The translations under genes and the position numbers were made by a program. 64,000 nucleotides of DNA from the NCBI GenBank assembly GCA_965203175.1, contig OZ241867.1, positions 2,688,001 through 2,752,000 of the forward strand. Direction: 5' to 3'. Positions 37,549-47,261 of this stretch are shown here, piece by piece. This DNA is from Candidatus Latescibacterota bacterium (lineage in GTDB: Bacteria > Latescibacterota > UBA2968 > UBA8231). The notes beneath the pieces were generated by a model, which saw only the letters and a program-made list of their open reading frames with translations, made no database searches and was not told the DNA's origin. Within the stretch, counting starts at the first letter, position 1. Each line of letters begins with the position of its first letter.

Positions 37549-38436
37549 ATGGCTCCTTTGCAGGCCATTGCGGTGTACGGCCGCATGATCAAATTCTCCC
37601 ACAGCGTCTTTGCTTTGCCTTTTGCTTTTAGCGGTGCCTTGCTGGCCGCGACTTACACGGGCATTACTCCCGCTCAGATCGGCTGGATTGCGCTGGCGAT
37701 GGTAGGGGCGCGCAGTGCGGCGATGGGTTTTAATCGTCTCGTTGATCGCCACCTCGACGCGGCTAATCCCCGCACCCAAAACCGCGAACTGCCGCGCGGC
37801 GTGGTCTCGCCTCAAGCGGTGGGGTTGTTCGTGGTTCTGTCCGCCTTGGCCTTGGTTTTGGCGGCTTATCAGCTCAATCCTTTGTGCTTTTATCTGTCGC
37901 CGCTGGTTTTGGCCGTGCTCTTGTTCTACTCGCTGACCAAGCGCTTTACTTGGGCCTCTCATTTGGTTTTGGGGCTGAGTTTGGGTGGGGCACCACTGGG
38001 CGCTTGGATTGCGGTCACTGGCGGCTTTGATCTCATACCGCTGCTGCTGTGCCTGGGGGTGCTGGTTTGGGTGGCTGGCTTTGACATCATCTACGCCTGC
38101 CAGGATCACGCCTTTGACATGCGGGCCGGACTCCATTCCATCCCGGTTCGCTTTGGCATTGCCCGCGCTCTGCACATTGCCCGCGTTTTGCACCTATTGT
38201 TCGTGGTGCTGCTGATTATCGTGGGCCACATGGCTGACCTGAGTTTTTTGTACTGGTTGGGTGTCGTAGTGGTAGCCGGTTTGCTGGTGTACGAGCATCG
38301 GCTGGTGCGGGCTGACGACCTGTCCCGCATGAGCACGGCCTTTATGACGGTCAACAGCACGGTCAGCCTGATCTACTTTGCCGCGATCTTGGCCGATCTG
38401 CTCGTCTTTGGCGAGGGGGAATTGTTGCGCTTTTGA
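37549..38436 (+). CDS. mqnP: UbiA-like prenyltransferase of the futalosine pathway
   Basis: IKFSHSVFALPF, ARSAAMGFNRLVD, NPRT, GFDIIYACQD; operon context. Confidence 0.88.
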   Translation: MAPLQAIAVYGRMIKFSHSVFALPFAFSGALLAATYTGITPAQIGWIALAMVGARSAAMGFNRLVDRHLDAANPRTQNRELPRGVVSPQAVGLFVVLSALALVLAAYQLNPLCFYLSPLVLAVLLFYSLTKRFTWASHLVLGLSLGGAPLGAWIAVTGGFDLIPLLLCLGVLVWVAGFDIIYACQDHAFDMRAGLHSIPVRFGIARALHIARVLHLLFVVLLIIVGHMADLSFLYWLGVVVVAGLLVYEHRLVRADDLSRMSTAFMTVNSTVSLIYFAAILADLLVFGEGELLRF

Positions 38437-38500
38437 CGGGGGACATACGAACGCGTACTGGACAATCGTCAGTGCCGTGTTGTCGAGTTATGGGCAAGAC

Positions 38501-39165
38501 ATGAAAATTAAAGACATTGACTTTCCTAAACGCCTGTTAAACGCCTTGCGCGATGACAAATTGGTGGTTTTCGCTGGGGCTGGCGTTTCAAAGGGCGCAC
38601 CTGCATGCCTTCCGCTCTTTGCAGAGTTAGCGGATATGATTGCACAAGGAACCGGTGAAGCCTTACAGGAGGGAGAGCCGACAGACCATTTTCTTGGGAG
38701 ACTCCAGCATGCAGAGGTAAAGGTTCATGCTCTCGCAGCGGAAGTGCTTTCCCAAGAATGCCTGGAAGCTACGGAACTACATCGGGATCTTTTACAGCTC
38801 TATTCCGACGCCGCGCAGGCTCGCATCGTTACCACCAACTTCGACCTTTTGTTCGAGCAAGCGTCAGAAGCCGTGTTTGACGACAAGCCCGAGGTATTTC
38901 GGGCACCCGCATTACCCTTGGGACATCAGTTCCGCGGCATCATCCATGTCCATGGTGCAGTCAGCCGTCCCAACGAAATGGTACTTACGGACTTAGATTT
39001 CGCTCGTGCCTACCTGACTGAGGGGTGGGCACGACGTTTTCTCATCGGATTGTTCCGTAATTTCACGGTCCTCTTTGTAGGCTATAGTCACGATGACACG
39101 ATTTTGAGCTATCTAGCGCGTGCTCTGCCTGGGGGCGAGGATGGCCGGCGCTTCGCTTTAATAGG
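38501..39165 (+). pseudogene. SIR2 (SIR2_2) family defence-type protein, truncated by IS
   Basis: VFAGAGVS, TTNFD, HVHG, FVGYS; reading frame enters the IS end at 39166 (ALLHES). Confidence 0.85.
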
Positions 39166-40325
39166 GGCGTTGTTGCATGAATCATATCTGGGGCATCATT
39201 GTCGAATGTTGTTTTTTGTTCAGTTGATTTTTTCTACTCGATACGACTGGGGTTTGCCCACATGGATCATTCGATTGAGGAGGGCACAGCCGAGGCGACT
39301 TTCGACCTGTTGGTTGATCCAGCTACGCGCCTTCAGCTTGTCGCCGATGAGGTGCTTATAGCGATAGATTTGCGTTTCGGCCAACGAGCGTCGATGATAG
39401 CCACTGGCCTGTTTCCACTCCTTGCGTCCCTTTCGTCGTATGGCCCGCAGGATTTCATCGCGCGCCAACGGGGGGACCTTACAATTACCATGCTGATGGA
39501 TTGTAGCGTCTTTGCGCAGTGCGATGATCGGCCGAATCGAGGGATCACTCCGCGTGGCCAAGGCGTCGAACACCTTCTGTTTGTCATAGGCCCCATCGCC
39601 GCCTACCGCCTCCACCGCCTCGTCGACTTGGGTCAACAGAGGGGCCACCTGCGAGGCATCATCGATCCGATGGGACGTCAACGTCTGCGCGACCACCTCG
39701 CCGGTGGCCTCGTTGACCCCCACATGCAGTTTGCGCCACGTGCGCCGTTTGGTCCAGCCGTGTTGACGGACTTTCCTCTCGCCCTCGCCATAGACTTTCA
39801 AACCCGTCGAATCCACTACCAAGTGCATCGGGCTAGCCGGGCTATCGGGCTGCTTTTTCGGCAACTCCACCGCCAAGGCCCCTTGGCGACGCGACAAGGT
39901 CGAGTAGTCCGGCACGGCCAAGGCCAACCCCATCAAGTCCAACAGCGATTGGATAAACCCCTGCGTCTGGCGCAACGGCAACCCAAGCAACACCCGCATC
40001 GTCAACATCCATTCAATCGCTGGATCCGAATAGACAAACTGAGCACCCCGTTGCGATGGCCCCTGAGCATACCATTGCTTCCACAGACCATCGTCCAGCC
40101 ACACCGTCAGGCTACCACGAGCCACCAACGCCCGATTATACGACGACCAATTCTTAACCCGATACACCGGTTGCGACTTGACCGAGGGCGAACTGCCAGA
40201 TACTTTGCTCATCACAGGCTCTTTGGGAAGAAAGGAACGTGTTTCTTGCTGGAAACCACGAACCAATCTAACCGAAGAGCCTGACTCATTTCAAGACCCG
40301 AACACAGCTTTCATGCAACAACGCC
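39166..40325 (-). mobile_element. IS5 family (IS903 group) insertion sequence, 1160 bp
   Basis: Perfect 16-bp terminal inverted repeats GGCGTTGTTGCATGAA / TTCATGCAACAACGCC; flanks TTTAATAGG vs GGAACGACC do not match. Confidence 0.93.
39220..40212 (-). CDS. IS5/IS903-type DDE transposase
   Basis: NWSSYNRALVARG, VDSTGLK, WRKLH, DGAYD, YHRRSLAET. Confidence 0.95.
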   Translation of the reverse strand: MSKVSGSSPSVKSQPVYRVKNWSSYNRALVARGSLTVWLDDGLWKQWYAQGPSQRGAQFVYSDPAIEWMLTMRVLLGLPLRQTQGFIQSLLDLMGLALAVPDYSTLSRRQGALAVELPKKQPDSPASPMHLVVDSTGLKVYGEGERKVRQHGWTKRRTWRKLHVGVNEATGEVVAQTLTSHRIDDASQVAPLLTQVDEAVEAVGGDGAYDKQKVFDALATRSDPSIRPIIALRKDATIHQHGNCKVPPLARDEILRAIRRKGRKEWKQASGYHRRSLAETQIYRYKHLIGDKLKARSWINQQVESRLGCALLNRMIHVGKPQSYRVEKIN

Positions 40326-41158
40326 GGAACGACCAGTAGATTAAGCAGAACTAGGAAAACGGTCTTTAGGCCGCTTCCCGATTTGCTGAGGGGAATCAAG
40401 CCCTTTGTCTTCTCACCGAGATAGACCTCCCAACGGTCCTTTATCTTCTCTTCCTGTGCTTCGTCGTGGACTTGTACTTCTATCTCTGAAAACTGGCCAT
40501 CACTTCCAAATATCAAATTCAACGCGGCTAGAAGCTCCTCTTGGATAACCTCTCGTGGGAGTTTCTCAGACGTTATGAACCGACGTATTATATTTGTAGC
40601 TCCTTGTCCATCAGAGCCAAGTTCCAATGCCGTACTTGGTAGTCCACGCTCGATATCTCGGTCTGCAAAGAGTCTGCGGAAAGCCGTCCCATTAAGCTGG
40701 TGCGTTGCACCCTCCAGTATCCCACTAACATTTGAAAGCCTAGCATCGAAGATTACTTGGTCTCCAAAGGAAAGGTTTTGCGAGGAAGAGGCTAAGGCAA
40801 AATCGTCTGAAAATTTTACGTTTGATACCTTGTTTGCGATAATTTCCCATGTCACCACTGCGTTGACGAAATACTGTCCGTGGGCACTCCAGTGGTTTCT
40901 CCCACCGAGTTGACCTCCCATTCTATTTTCTGGAAAAGCTTCCCTTAGCGACTCCTCATCTAATACACCGTGGCAACGGTACTCCCACTCACGGTCAAAC
41001 AGTTTGCCGTCGCATAGTGCTTCAACCAAGTCCAAAAGATGGGATTTCCCAGAGTTATTACGTCCAATGATGACGTTGATCGGCTTGATTGTATCGAAGC
41101 CTGCCCAATCCTTTTTGAAACAGCTATGTCCTTTGAAGTATATAGAATCGGCTTTCAT
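40326..41158 (-). pseudogene. AAA_15/AAA_21 (OLD-like) ATPase, truncated by IS before Walker B
   Basis: INVIIGRNNSGKS Walker A, LSKSGSGLK ABC signature, then IS-derived ALLHES; visibly AT-richer than flanks. Confidence 0.8.
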
Positions 41159-41169
41159 AAAATGGCTTT

Positions 41170-41290
41170 CTCTCTCTCACGTCAATTTTGCCGGTCACAG
41201 GCGCGGCGATGCGGGTGGAACGGTACTCTTGCAGATGCTCAATAGCGGCCCCGATTTTTGCCGCCAGCGTGCCGATTTTTCTTCTCCTAG
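41170..41290 (-). pseudogene. hsdS: C-terminal relic of type I RM specificity subunit
   Basis: AIEHLQEYRSTRIAAPVTGKIDVR resembles the HsdS C-terminal LxEYRxxLIxxAVTGKIDVR pattern; rest of gene absent. Confidence 0.7.
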
Positions 41291-41509
41291 CGGTCGAGAA
41301 AAGCAACAGACGGCACTGCGGCGTGGCACCGTAGCGAGCCTATAAATATAACGGGATGTTGAGACATAATCGAATTTTCTCTTATTTGGAGCATGGATAT
41401 GGGCTCACTTCGCGTGGAAGAGGGAGTTCTTCCGTCGCTATACTCGACAGACCGCCCTCGCAAGGCGATATTGAGCGCGGCACATCTTTTTCTCGACAAG
41501 GAGCAACAC

Positions 41510-43117
41510 ATGAGTAGGGTAGATCAGATCGGCTGGCACGCCCAGAGCAAGACCGGCGTCATTGCGGCTGGTGGTGCCGGTGCCGTAGCCGCTGGTATTG
41601 AAATCCTCGGCCAAGGCGGCAATGCGGCCGATGCCGCAGCTGGCGCGATTCTCGCGCTCAACGTCACCGATCACGGGGCCTGTTCCATCGGCGGGGAAGT
41701 GCCGGTGCTCGTCTGGGACGGGAACGCGGTCAAGTCGTTGTCCGGTCAGGGGCGCGCGCCGCTGTCGCCGGAGGCCATTGCTTGGTACATGGAACACGGC
41801 ATCCCGGACCGCGACATCAAGATGGCTCCGGTGCCCTCGGTCGTGGATTTGTGCATTACCCTCTTGCAGCACTACGGCACGCAGAGCTTTGCCGCGATTG
41901 TCGCGCCGACCTTGGCCCTGCTCGACGCAGGCGAGGAAGCGTGGCACCCCGACTTGGCGCGGATGCTGCGGCGCATGGTGGAGGAGGAACACCGCGCCAC
42001 TGGCAATCGCCAAGAGAAGCTGCAAGCGGCCTGCGATCACTTCTATGGCCGCCGCGCCGAACACGGCGATATAGCTGAGGACTTGGAGGCGTTCTACGTG
42101 GAGCAGGGCGGGTTCTTGCGCCGCGCGGATCTGGCCGCCCATAGGACTTTGATCGAAGAGCCGGTGGCAGTCGATTACCGGGGGTACCAAGTGTATAAGT
42201 GCGGCCCGTGGACCCAAGGCCCCTATCTGTGTCAGGCTCTGCGGCTGCTCGAAGGATTTGATCTCAAAAGCATGGGGCATTGCTCGGCCGATTACGTCCA
42301 CGCGGTCGTCGAAGCGATGAAGCTGGCCATGGCCGACCGCGACGCGCACTACGGCGATCCCCTGTTTGTGGACGTGCCCATGAATGCCTTGCTGTCCGAC
42401 GAATATACCCAGCTCCGGCGACCCTTGATCGACATGGAGCAAGCCGCGCTGGACGCCCGCCCTGGCGACCCACTCGGCATGAAGGCATTGCAGGAGGGAG
42501 GCGTGTTCCAGCCCAGCATCGGCGGAACCACCACGTGCGTAGTGGCCGATCGCTGGGGCATGGTCGTATCGGCCACGCCGAGCGCGAATGTCTATCACGC
42601 TGGCGGCACCGGCAGCACGGGTGTCTCGTATGGCAACCGTCTGCGCAGCCTCAACACAACGCCCGGACACCCCAATTGCATCGCGCCGGGCAAGCGGCCC
42701 CGCATCACCCTGACCCCCACGCTGGTGCTCAAAGACGGTGCGCCTGTGTTGGCTATCAGCGTGGCTGGCGGCGACCTGCAAGATCAGGCGACCTTGAACC
42801 TCTTGCTCGACTTTGTGGAGTTTGGGATGCAGCCGGCCGAAGCAGTTGTTGCACCGCGCTTTGCCACGGACCACCACGAGGACTCGTTTGATCCCAACCC
42901 AGTGCGCGAACAGACGTTCATCCAGGCTGGCTCGCTGGCCATCAACTCGGCCGTCGATGCAGAGGTGCGGGACGAACTGGCGCGGCGCGGCCACCAAGTC
43001 GAGGCCCGCAACGGTCCCATCGCCACCCCGGTCATGTTGTGGGCCGATGAGGGCATGTACTACGCGGCTGGCGATCCGGCTGCGGGCCGTCACGCAGCAG
43101 GACTAGATGGGGACTAG
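41510..43117 (+). CDS. Gamma-glutamyltransferase family Ntn hydrolase
   Basis: GGNAADAA, SIGGE, KLAMADRD.HYGDP, GTTT nucleophile site, PGKRPRITLTP, GGDLQDQ. Confidence 0.9.
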   Translation: MSRVDQIGWHAQSKTGVIAAGGAGAVAAGIEILGQGGNAADAAAGAILALNVTDHGACSIGGEVPVLVWDGNAVKSLSGQGRAPLSPEAIAWYMEHGIPDRDIKMAPVPSVVDLCITLLQHYGTQSFAAIVAPTLALLDAGEEAWHPDLARMLRRMVEEEHRATGNRQEKLQAACDHFYGRRAEHGDIAEDLEAFYVEQGGFLRRADLAAHRTLIEEPVAVDYRGYQVYKCGPWTQGPYLCQALRLLEGFDLKSMGHCSADYVHAVVEAMKLAMADRDAHYGDPLFVDVPMNALLSDEYTQLRRPLIDMEQAALDARPGDPLGMKALQEGGVFQPSIGGTTTCVVADRWGMVVSATPSANVYHAGGTGSTGVSYGNRLRSLNTTPGHPNCIAPGKRPRITLTPTLVLKDGAPVLAISVAGGDLQDQATLNLLLDFVEFGMQPAEAVVAPRFATDHHEDSFDPNPVREQTFIQAGSLAINSAVDAEVRDELARRGHQVEARNGPIATPVMLWADEGMYYAAGDPAAGRHAAGLDGD

Positions 43118-43199
43118 CGCGGCGGAATTGCGACTGTGGGGCATTGGAGCCATATTGTCCGCGTTTAATTCCCGATAAAATCGCCTCTGAAGCTGGCTT

Positions 43200-45200
43200 T
43201 TGATGACGTCGCCGACTGCGGCTCCTACATATCGAGAAGAGCATACTCGCCAAGGTGCGGCTAGCGGTCTTACGCTCCGCTCCTTGGTGCTCGGCGTCAT
43301 CCAAGTCCTCATGGTGTGTTTGGGCGCGCCCTATGCCATTTGGGTCTTGGGGTCGTCCGAGATCACGTGGTCGTTCTTTCCGATTGCCGTCGGCTTCTCG
43401 TTCTGCTGCCTCCTCCTGCTCAACATCCTGCTCAAGACGATCAATCCCGACTGGGCCTTGCGGCCGGCCGAGATGATTACGGTCGTCGTCATGGGCTTGG
43501 TGACGACCGGCATTCCCATTTTTATGATGGGCTACGTGCTGTCGATCCCGACTACACCCTACTACTTTGCCTCGGCTGAAAACCAGTGGGGCACGTACGT
43601 CTTGCCCTACCTGCCGGAGTGGCTGTTGCCGAGTAATGACGGCTTGGCCATGACTTGGTTTTTCGAAGGGCTGCCCATAGGTGAACCAATGCCTTGGGGC
43701 ACCCTGCTCGATGCGTGGGCCATGCCGCTGTTTTGGTGGCTGAGCTTTATATGGACTTTGTACGCGGTCTGTTTTTGCCTCGTCGTCATATTGCGCAAGC
43801 AGTGGGTCGAGCGCGAGCGGCTGGCCTATCCGCTGATGGAGGTGCCGCAAGCCCTGGTGGCGGACGCCGATGGCCCTGCGCGCGTGCCGGCTGTCTTGCG
43901 CAACAAGGTCTTTTGGATGGGGGCGGCGATTCCCCTGTGCATTGTCTTGTGGAACATTGTCGGCTTTTTCTTCCACTTCTTTCCCAAGATCGAATGGCAC
44001 CATCCCATTCAAATAGCGCACGGCTTTCCGACCATTAACATCCGCTTCTACTTTCCAGTTGTTGGCTTCATGTATTTCGCCAACCTCAACGTCACCTTCA
44101 GCATCTGGTTTTTCTATTTGCTGCTGTTGGTCGAAGAGGGGCTGTTTAACCGCTTTGGCGTTGGTGTGACCGAAGCCGACAACTTCGTATGGGGCTTGCC
44201 TTCGACATCTTGGCAGTGTTGGGGGGCGTTTGTGGTGCTGGTGTTGTGGGGGCTGTGGATGGCGCGCGATCACCTAAAAGACGTGGCGTGCAAAGCTTGG
44301 AATCCCGCCCATCCGGTTGACGACAGCCGCGAGCTGATGTCCTATCGCAGTGCGGTCGTCGGCCTGTTGGTCGGGGTCATCTACATGCTGGCATGGCTCA
44401 ACAAGGCTGGCATGGAAATGCCGGTGGCGGCGTTTTTTTTAGGCGGCGTGCTGATTGCCTACTTGGGCATTACCCGCTTGGTGGTGCAGGCTGGCGTCTT
44501 CTACCTGACGACGCCCGTGGTCAGCCAAGCCATGACCATGATGACCTTTGGCACAAGTGCGATTTCGCCGACGGGCTTGGCGGCTCTGGGGATGAGTTAT
44601 GGGTTCTTCAGCGATGTGCAGTCGATTTTTATGCCGTCGGCTGCGCATGCCACTCGGCTGCACGATGCCATGCGCATGAGCCGCCGCGGCCTGTGTTTGG
44701 CCATTGCGCTAGCCCTCTTGATTGGATTTATCGCCGCCATTGTGTACGTCATTGTCATGGCCTACGAGCAGGGGGCTTCCAACTTCAACTCTTGGTTTTT
44801 CCGCGTCTCCTCGGGTGCGGGGGTGCGCGCCTTTGACGACGCTATGAGCAAGATAAAAACTCCGGCCGATTTCCACGCGCAAAAGTTAGGCTTCTTCGGC
44901 ATCGGCGCGGCGGCGATGTCCGTTTTGACGTTTATGCAGTATCGCTTCCCGTGGTGGCCCCTGCACCCGGTGGGCTTGGCCATCTCCGCGATCTGGATGG
45001 TGCGCAACCAAGCGCCGGCGATTTTTGTGTCTTGGGCAGCCAAGAGCCTGATCATGCGCTTTGGCGGCATTGAGCTATACCGCAAGGCGGCACCCTTCTT
45101 TATCGGCTTGATTCTCGGGCACTTCTTTGGGATAGGGATCTCGTTTATCGTCGATATGATTTTCTTTCCCGGCAACGGCCATCCCGTTCTCCACGGCTGA
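43200..45200 (+). CDS. Polytopic membrane protein, DUF6785/DUF6784-like, copy 1
   Basis: Many TM segments, RKQWVERERLAYPL, WWPLHPVG, RFGG..LYRK..PFFIGL. Confidence 0.8.
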   Translation: MMTSPTAAPTYREEHTRQGAASGLTLRSLVLGVIQVLMVCLGAPYAIWVLGSSEITWSFFPIAVGFSFCCLLLLNILLKTINPDWALRPAEMITVVVMGLVTTGIPIFMMGYVLSIPTTPYYFASAENQWGTYVLPYLPEWLLPSNDGLAMTWFFEGLPIGEPMPWGTLLDAWAMPLFWWLSFIWTLYAVCFCLVVILRKQWVERERLAYPLMEVPQALVADADGPARVPAVLRNKVFWMGAAIPLCIVLWNIVGFFFHFFPKIEWHHPIQIAHGFPTINIRFYFPVVGFMYFANLNVTFSIWFFYLLLLVEEGLFNRFGVGVTEADNFVWGLPSTSWQCWGAFVVLVLWGLWMARDHLKDVACKAWNPAHPVDDSRELMSYRSAVVGLLVGVIYMLAWLNKAGMEMPVAAFFLGGVLIAYLGITRLVVQAGVFYLTTPVVSQAMTMMTFGTSAISPTGLAALGMSYGFFSDVQSIFMPSAAHATRLHDAMRMSRRGLCLAIALALLIGFIAAIVYVIVMAYEQGASNFNSWFFRVSSGAGVRAFDDAMSKIKTPADFHAQKLGFFGIGAAAMSVLTFMQYRFPWWPLHPVGLAISAIWMVRNQAPAIFVSWAAKSLIMRFGGIELYRKAAPFFIGLILGHFFGIGISFIVDMIFFPGNGHPVLHG

Positions 45201-45207
45201 GACCGCG

Positions 45208-47175
45208 TTGTCAACCTATCCCGCACAGCAAGAGGGTACAGGCATCACCGTGCGCTCCTTGCTCGTGGGTTGCGCCGTGGTCGTGCTGATCAGCTTGGGG
45301 GCACCGCACTCCATCTGGACGTTTGGCTCGTCCGAGATGACGTGGTCGTTCTTTCCAATCGGGGTGGGCTTTCTCTTTGTCTGCCTCATCTTCGCCAACG
45401 CCCTGCTGAAGACCCTCAACCTTAGCTGGGCACTGCGTCCCGCCGAGCTGATCACCATTGTCGTCATGGGATTGGTCTGCACCGGCATCCCAGTTTTCCT
45501 CATCGGCTACTTTCTAGCTATACCGACAACGCCGTATTACTTTGCGTCCGCGGAGAATCAGTGGGGCACGTACGTGTTGCCCTACCTGCCCGCTTGGTTG
45601 CTGCCGTCCAACGACGGCTTGGCCATGACTTGGTTCTTCGAGGGCCTGCCCATCGGTGAACCCACTCCTTGGGGCACCTTGCTCGCCGCTTGGGCCATGC
45701 CGCTGTTTTGGTGGCTGAGCTTTTTATGGACTTTGTACCTGGTCTGCTTCTGCGTGGTGGTCATCCTCCGCAAGCAGTGGGTCGAGCGCGAGCGGCTGGC
45801 CTATCCGCTAATGGAAGTGCCGCAAGCCCTCGTCGCCAACGCCGATAGCTCCCGCCGACTGCCAGCGGTCATGTACAGCAAAGTTTTCTGGGCAGGTGCG
45901 GCTATTCCGCTTGGCATTGTCTTGTGGAATATCGTCGGCTTTTTCTTTCACTTCTTTCCCAAGATCGAGTGGCACCATCCCGTCCAAATAGCGCACGGTT
46001 TTCCGACCATTAACATCCGCTTTTACTTCCCGGTCATCGGCTTTATGTACTTTGCCAATCTCAATGTGACCTTTAGCATCTGGTTTTTCTTTTTGCTGAC
46101 GCTGATCGAGGAGGGTTTGTTCAACCGCTTTGGCCTCGGCGTCACTGAGGCGGATAAATTCGTTTGGGGACTGCCATCGACATCGTGGCAGTGCTGGGGG
46201 GCGTTTGTGGTGTTGGTGCTGTGGGGATTGTGGATGGCGCGCGACCACCTCAAGGACGTGATCCGCAAGGCGTGGAATCCAGCTTACCCGATTGACGACC
46301 GCCGCGAGTTGATGTCCTATCGCGCCGCCGTGCTGGGCCTCTTGTTGGGTGTTTTCTTCATGCTAACTTGGCTGCACGAGGCTGGCATGGAGTGGTTGGT
46401 GGCGATGCTCTTTTTGGCTGGCGTCCTCATCGCCTATTTGGGCATTACGCGTTTAGTGGTCCAGACGGGCGTGTTCTATCTGACCACGCCCGTCGTCAGT
46501 CAGGCGATGACGATGATGACGCTGGGCACCAGCGCCATTTCGTCGACGGGTTTGGCGGCCTTGGGATTGACCTATTCCTTTTTCGGCGACGTGCAGTCCA
46601 TCTTCATGCCTTCGGCCGCGCACGCCGCCAAGTTGCAAAGCAGCTTGCGCATTGCCCGCCGCGGCTTTGTCTTGGCCATCGCCTTGGCCGTGGTGCTTTC
46701 CTTTGCGGTTTCCCTGACCAATCTCATCTCCATGGCCTACGAACAGGGGGCTTCCAACTTCAACTCTTGGATCTTCCGCGTCTCCTCGGGCGCAGGCGTG
46801 ATGGCCTTTGGCGATGTGATGGCCAAGATCAAGGCTCCGGCCGATTTCCACGCGCAAAAGTTAGGCTTTTTCGGCATTGGTGCGGCGGCGATGTCCGTTT
46901 TGACGTTTATGCAGTATCGCTTCCCATGGTGGCCCCTGCACCCGGTGGGCTTGGCCATCTCCGCGATCTGGATGGTGCGCAACCAAGCGCCGGCGATCTT
47001 CGTGGCATGGGCAACCAAAAGTCTGATCATGCGCTTTGGCGGCATCGAGCTGTACCGCAAGGCCGCGCCCTTTTTCATCGGCCTAATCGCGGGCTACTTT
47101 CTCGGTGTCGGCCTTTCCTTTCTCGTCGATGTGGCTTTCTTCCCAGGCAATGGGCATCCGATTCTGCACGGTTGA
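45208..47175 (+). CDS. Polytopic membrane protein, DUF6785/DUF6784-like, copy 2
   Basis: Tandem paralogue with long identical peptide blocks. Confidence 0.8.
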   Translation: MSTYPAQQEGTGITVRSLLVGCAVVVLISLGAPHSIWTFGSSEMTWSFFPIGVGFLFVCLIFANALLKTLNLSWALRPAELITIVVMGLVCTGIPVFLIGYFLAIPTTPYYFASAENQWGTYVLPYLPAWLLPSNDGLAMTWFFEGLPIGEPTPWGTLLAAWAMPLFWWLSFLWTLYLVCFCVVVILRKQWVERERLAYPLMEVPQALVANADSSRRLPAVMYSKVFWAGAAIPLGIVLWNIVGFFFHFFPKIEWHHPVQIAHGFPTINIRFYFPVIGFMYFANLNVTFSIWFFFLLTLIEEGLFNRFGLGVTEADKFVWGLPSTSWQCWGAFVVLVLWGLWMARDHLKDVIRKAWNPAYPIDDRRELMSYRAAVLGLLLGVFFMLTWLHEAGMEWLVAMLFLAGVLIAYLGITRLVVQTGVFYLTTPVVSQAMTMMTLGTSAISSTGLAALGLTYSFFGDVQSIFMPSAAHAAKLQSSLRIARRGFVLAIALAVVLSFAVSLTNLISMAYEQGASNFNSWIFRVSSGAGVMAFGDVMAKIKAPADFHAQKLGFFGIGAAAMSVLTFMQYRFPWWPLHPVGLAISAIWMVRNQAPAIFVAWATKSLIMRFGGIELYRKAAPFFIGLIAGYFLGVGLSFLVDVAFFPGNGHPILHG

Positions 47176-47261
47176 GGAATTTTGTATTTAATGCGATTTC
47201 GACGTCGGTCTATTTACTTTGCGATTTGACGACTTCATCCAGTCAGACAAAAAGGACACAT

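Noticed and set aside
39199-40284. 361-aa + strand ORF in the IS
   Set aside because: Antisense of the transposase
41438-43093. 551-aa minus-strand ORF
   Set aside because: Antisense shadow of GGT in high-GC DNA, no motifs
46368-47261. N-terminal 298 aa of the 1126-aa ORF as a fusion or overlapping gene
   Set aside because: Off-frame read-through over membrane paralogue 2; RBS and signal peptide place the start at 47262
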